Assembly: GCA_050726155.1 (NCBI GenBank)
Contig: JBOHIT010000591.1
Coordinates: forward strand, 1-58,039
Length of the DNA stretch: 58,039 nt
Direction: 5' to 3'
Source: Bradyrhizobium sp.
GTDB taxonomy: Bacteria; Pseudomonadota; Alphaproteobacteria; Rhizobiales; Xanthobacteraceae
Under the pieces are notes generated by a model, which was given only the letters and a program-made list of their open reading frames with translations, was not told where the DNA came from and made no database searches. The translations under genes and the position numbers were made by a program. Of this stretch, positions 55,655 through 58,039 are shown in pieces. The stretch's first letter is position 1; every line of letters begins with the position of its first letter.

Positions 55655-56557
55655 TTGGATCTCGACGCGCTCACCGGCTGTCTCGCCAGTTCCGCCTGTC
55701 TGGTGACGCAGACCACCAGCGGCTTCATCATCGGCATGCTGCTGTTTCTCGTCGCCGTCGGGCTGACGCTGATTTTCGGCGTGCTCAAGGTGGTGAATTT
55801 CAGCCACGGCGCCTTCTACATGTTCGGCGCCTATTTCGCGATGACGGCGTATCAGTTCACCGGCAGCTTCGCGCTGGCGATGCTGTGCGGCGCTGCCGGC
55901 ACCGCGCTGCTCGGCCTGATCTTCGAACGCGTCTTCATGAGCCGGGTCTATGGCCGCGACGTGCTGATGCAGCTTCTGGTCTGCTACGCCTTCGTGCTGA
56001 TCTTCGACGATGTCGTGCGGATGATCTGGGGCCCGGAATTCAAGTCGATGGGCATGCCGGCGGCGTTCCAGGTGATGCCGCTGTTCATCGCCGGCGGCGT
56101 GGTGCCGCCATATTATCTGCTCCTGATCGGCGTCGCACTGGTCGCGGCTGTCATCCTCGGGCTCGGCCTGGCCCGTACCCGGCTCGGCAAGGTGATCCGG
56201 GCGGCGGCGCATAATCCGGGCATGGTGTCCGCGCTCGGTATCAACACCGGCCTGATCTATGGCGGCGTGTTCGCGCTCGGCGGCATGCTGGCGGGCCTGG
56301 CCGGCGCGCTCGCCGCACCGGTGCGTTCGCTGACGCCGGGCATGGGATTTTCGGTCCTGATCGAATCCTTCATCGTCACCGTGATCGGCGGCATGGGCTC
56401 GATCCTGGGCGCGTTGATCGGTGCGCTGCTGATCGGCATGATCCGCTCCTTTGGCTCGCTCGGCTTTCCCTTGTTCACGGAAGGCCTGATGTATCTGTTC
56501 ATGGTGATCGTGCTGGTCTCCCGGCCCACCGGCCTGTTCGGCAAGGAGGTCGCATGA
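55655..56557 (+). CDS. branched-chain-type ABC permease (LivH-like)
   Basis: GLTLIFGVLKVVNFSHG, RTRLGKVIRA, VIGGMGS. Confidence 0.92.
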   Translation: MDLDALTGCLASSACLVTQTTSGFIIGMLLFLVAVGLTLIFGVLKVVNFSHGAFYMFGAYFAMTAYQFTGSFALAMLCGAAGTALLGLIFERVFMSRVYGRDVLMQLLVCYAFVLIFDDVVRMIWGPEFKSMGMPAAFQVMPLFIAGGVVPPYYLLLIGVALVAAVILGLGLARTRLGKVIRAAAHNPGMVSALGINTGLIYGGVFALGGMLAGLAGALAAPVRSLTPGMGFSVLIESFIVTVIGGMGSILGALIGALLIGMIRSFGSLGFPLFTEGLMYLFMVIVLVSRPTGLFGKEVA

Positions 56558-57579
56558 CCGAATTGCAGGCCGAACAGGCGGGCAAGGCGCTCGACGGCAT
56601 TAGCCCCCCCGCAAATCCGCGCCGCTATCGGGATGCCCTGATCGCGCTTGCGGTCTTTGTCGTGCTTGCGCTGCTGCCGATGCTGTTCAGCAGCAAATTC
56701 CTGCTCGACTTCGTGATCCGCTGTGCGGCCTATGGGCTGTTCGCGACGTCGCTCAACCTTCTGGTCGGTTACACCGGGCTGACGTCGTTCGGCCATGGCA
56801 TGTTCTTTGGCCTCGGCGCCTACGGCTTCGGGTTGATGATGCAGAAGACCGGCGTTCCCGTCCCGGTGGCTTTCGTTGCGACGCTGGCGATCACGTTTGT
56901 CGTCGCCCTCGTCATCGGCGCCATTTGCGTGCGGCTGAAGGAGATCTATTTCGCCTTCGTGACCCTGGCATTCCAGATGCTGATCCACTCGACCATTCTG
57001 TCCTGGGTATCGCTGACCGGCGGCGATCAGGGATTGCGCGGCGGCATTCCCCGGCCGCCATTTCTGGGCATCGATCTGTCGAACCATCTGCATCTCTATG
57101 TCGTCAGCTGTGCGCTGCTGGTGATCGGACTGTTCCTGATGCATCAGATCGCGCAGTCGCCGTTCGGCTACACGCTGCGCATGATCCGCGACAACGCCAC
57201 GCGCGCGAGCTTCATCGGCATTGACGTCTGGCGCGCCAAGCTGACGATCTTCGTGCTGGCAGCGCTGTTCGCCTCGACCGGCGGCATCATCATGGCGCTG
57301 TTCGTTTCCGGCGCCTATCCGGAATTCGCCTATTGGACCATTTCGGGCGAGGGCATCTTCATCAACATGCTCGGCGGCGTGACCACATTCCTGGGGCCCA
57401 TGGTCGGCACCGCGCTGTTTTTGATCCTCAACGATACCGTCACCCGCGTGACCGATTATCACGGCATCGTCCTCGGCATCGTGATCCTGTTCTTCGCCAT
57501 CGGCCTGCGCAAGGGCCTGATGGATTTCGTGGTCGAATGGTACGCGAACCGACGCGGGCGTTCCGGGGAGCGCAGCTGA
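56554..57579 (+). CDS. branched-chain-type ABC permease (LivM-like)
   Basis: SLNLLVGYTGLTSFGHG, YFAFVTLAF, TGGDQG, SPFGYTLRMIRDN. Confidence 0.92.
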   Translation: MTELQAEQAGKALDGISPPANPRRYRDALIALAVFVVLALLPMLFSSKFLLDFVIRCAAYGLFATSLNLLVGYTGLTSFGHGMFFGLGAYGFGLMMQKTGVPVPVAFVATLAITFVVALVIGAICVRLKEIYFAFVTLAFQMLIHSTILSWVSLTGGDQGLRGGIPRPPFLGIDLSNHLHLYVVSCALLVIGLFLMHQIAQSPFGYTLRMIRDNATRASFIGIDVWRAKLTIFVLAALFASTGGIIMALFVSGAYPEFAYWTISGEGIFINMLGGVTTFLGPMVGTALFLILNDTVTRVTDYHGIVLGIVILFFAIGLRKGLMDFVVEWYANRRGRSGERS

Positions 57580-58039
57580 TGCTCAGCATTCGCGCACTCT
57601 CGAAGGCCTTCGGCGGCGTCAAGGCGACCGACAACGTCACGCTCGATTTCGCGGATGGATCGCTGACCGCCGTCATCGGTCCGAATGGCGCGGGCAAGAG
57701 CACGTTCTTCAACCTGATCACCGGCGCGTTGAAGCCGGATGCCGGCCAGATCCTGCTCAATGGTGTCGATCTGGCGGGACGCTCGCCACCGGACATCGTG
57801 CGCCATGGCATTGGCCGCGCATTCCAGGTCGCCAGCATTTTTCCCTCGCTCACGGTGCAGGAGACGATGCTGGCCGCGGTTGGCGCCGACCAGCGCCGCG
57901 CCGGAATCATGCATCGACGGTTTCCGCTGGCCGAAACCCGCGATCGCGCCGAGCACGCGATGGAATTGCTCGGGCTGGCCGGCAAGCGTAACCGCACCGC
58001 GGCGACGCTGTCACATGGCGACCAGAAACTGCTCGATAT
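57579..58039 (+). CDS. ABC transporter ATP-binding protein (LivG-like), runs off the window
   Basis: Hand translation MLSIRALSKAFGGVKATDNV..IGPNGAGKSTFFNLITG..LSHGDQKLLD. Confidence 0.92.
   Translation, partial: MLSIRALSKAFGGVKATDNVTLDFADGSLTAVIGPNGAGKSTFFNLITGALKPDAGQILLNGVDLAGRSPPDIVRHGIGRAFQVASIFPSLTVQETMLAAVGADQRRAGIMHRRFPLAETRDRAEHAMELLGLAGKRNRTAATLSHGDQKLLD

Overview
High-GC alphaproteobacterial DNA; gene content and intergenic palindromic elements look Bradyrhizobium-like (inference). There are four blocks. (1) 1-14.2 kb: a carbon/redox cluster, dctA(3' end)-phaA-phaB-thioesterase-maeB-ndh-cydAB-dctB-dctD-phaC. (2) 15-19 kb: a 1343-aa RTX surface protein (SdiA-regulated-type propeller, cadherin-like and lamin-tail domains) behind a candidate Pho box, then a truncated LysR remnant. 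(3) 19.6-34.8 kb, the most interesting block: four small double-glycine-leader peptide genes, two of them absent from the ORF track. Each has its own Crp-type palindrome at identical class II promoter spacing and its own terminator. They flank a cAMP module (FecR-domain protein, Crp, CHASE2 adenylate cyclase, cNMP-binding patatin phospholipase) and sit next to an NHLM-type three-gene peptidase-ABC exporter. No peptide-modifying enzyme is present in the window. I interpret this as a candidate cAMP-controlled secreted-peptide (bacteriocin or signal) system. (4) 34.9-58 kb: assorted catabolic, transport and regulatory genes, including a TetR/CoA-ligase/SDR/Baeyer-Villiger monooxygenase cluster divergent from an ABC importer. 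No rRNA, tRNA or CRISPR array was seen. All family assignments come from motifs read by eye; no database searches were run.
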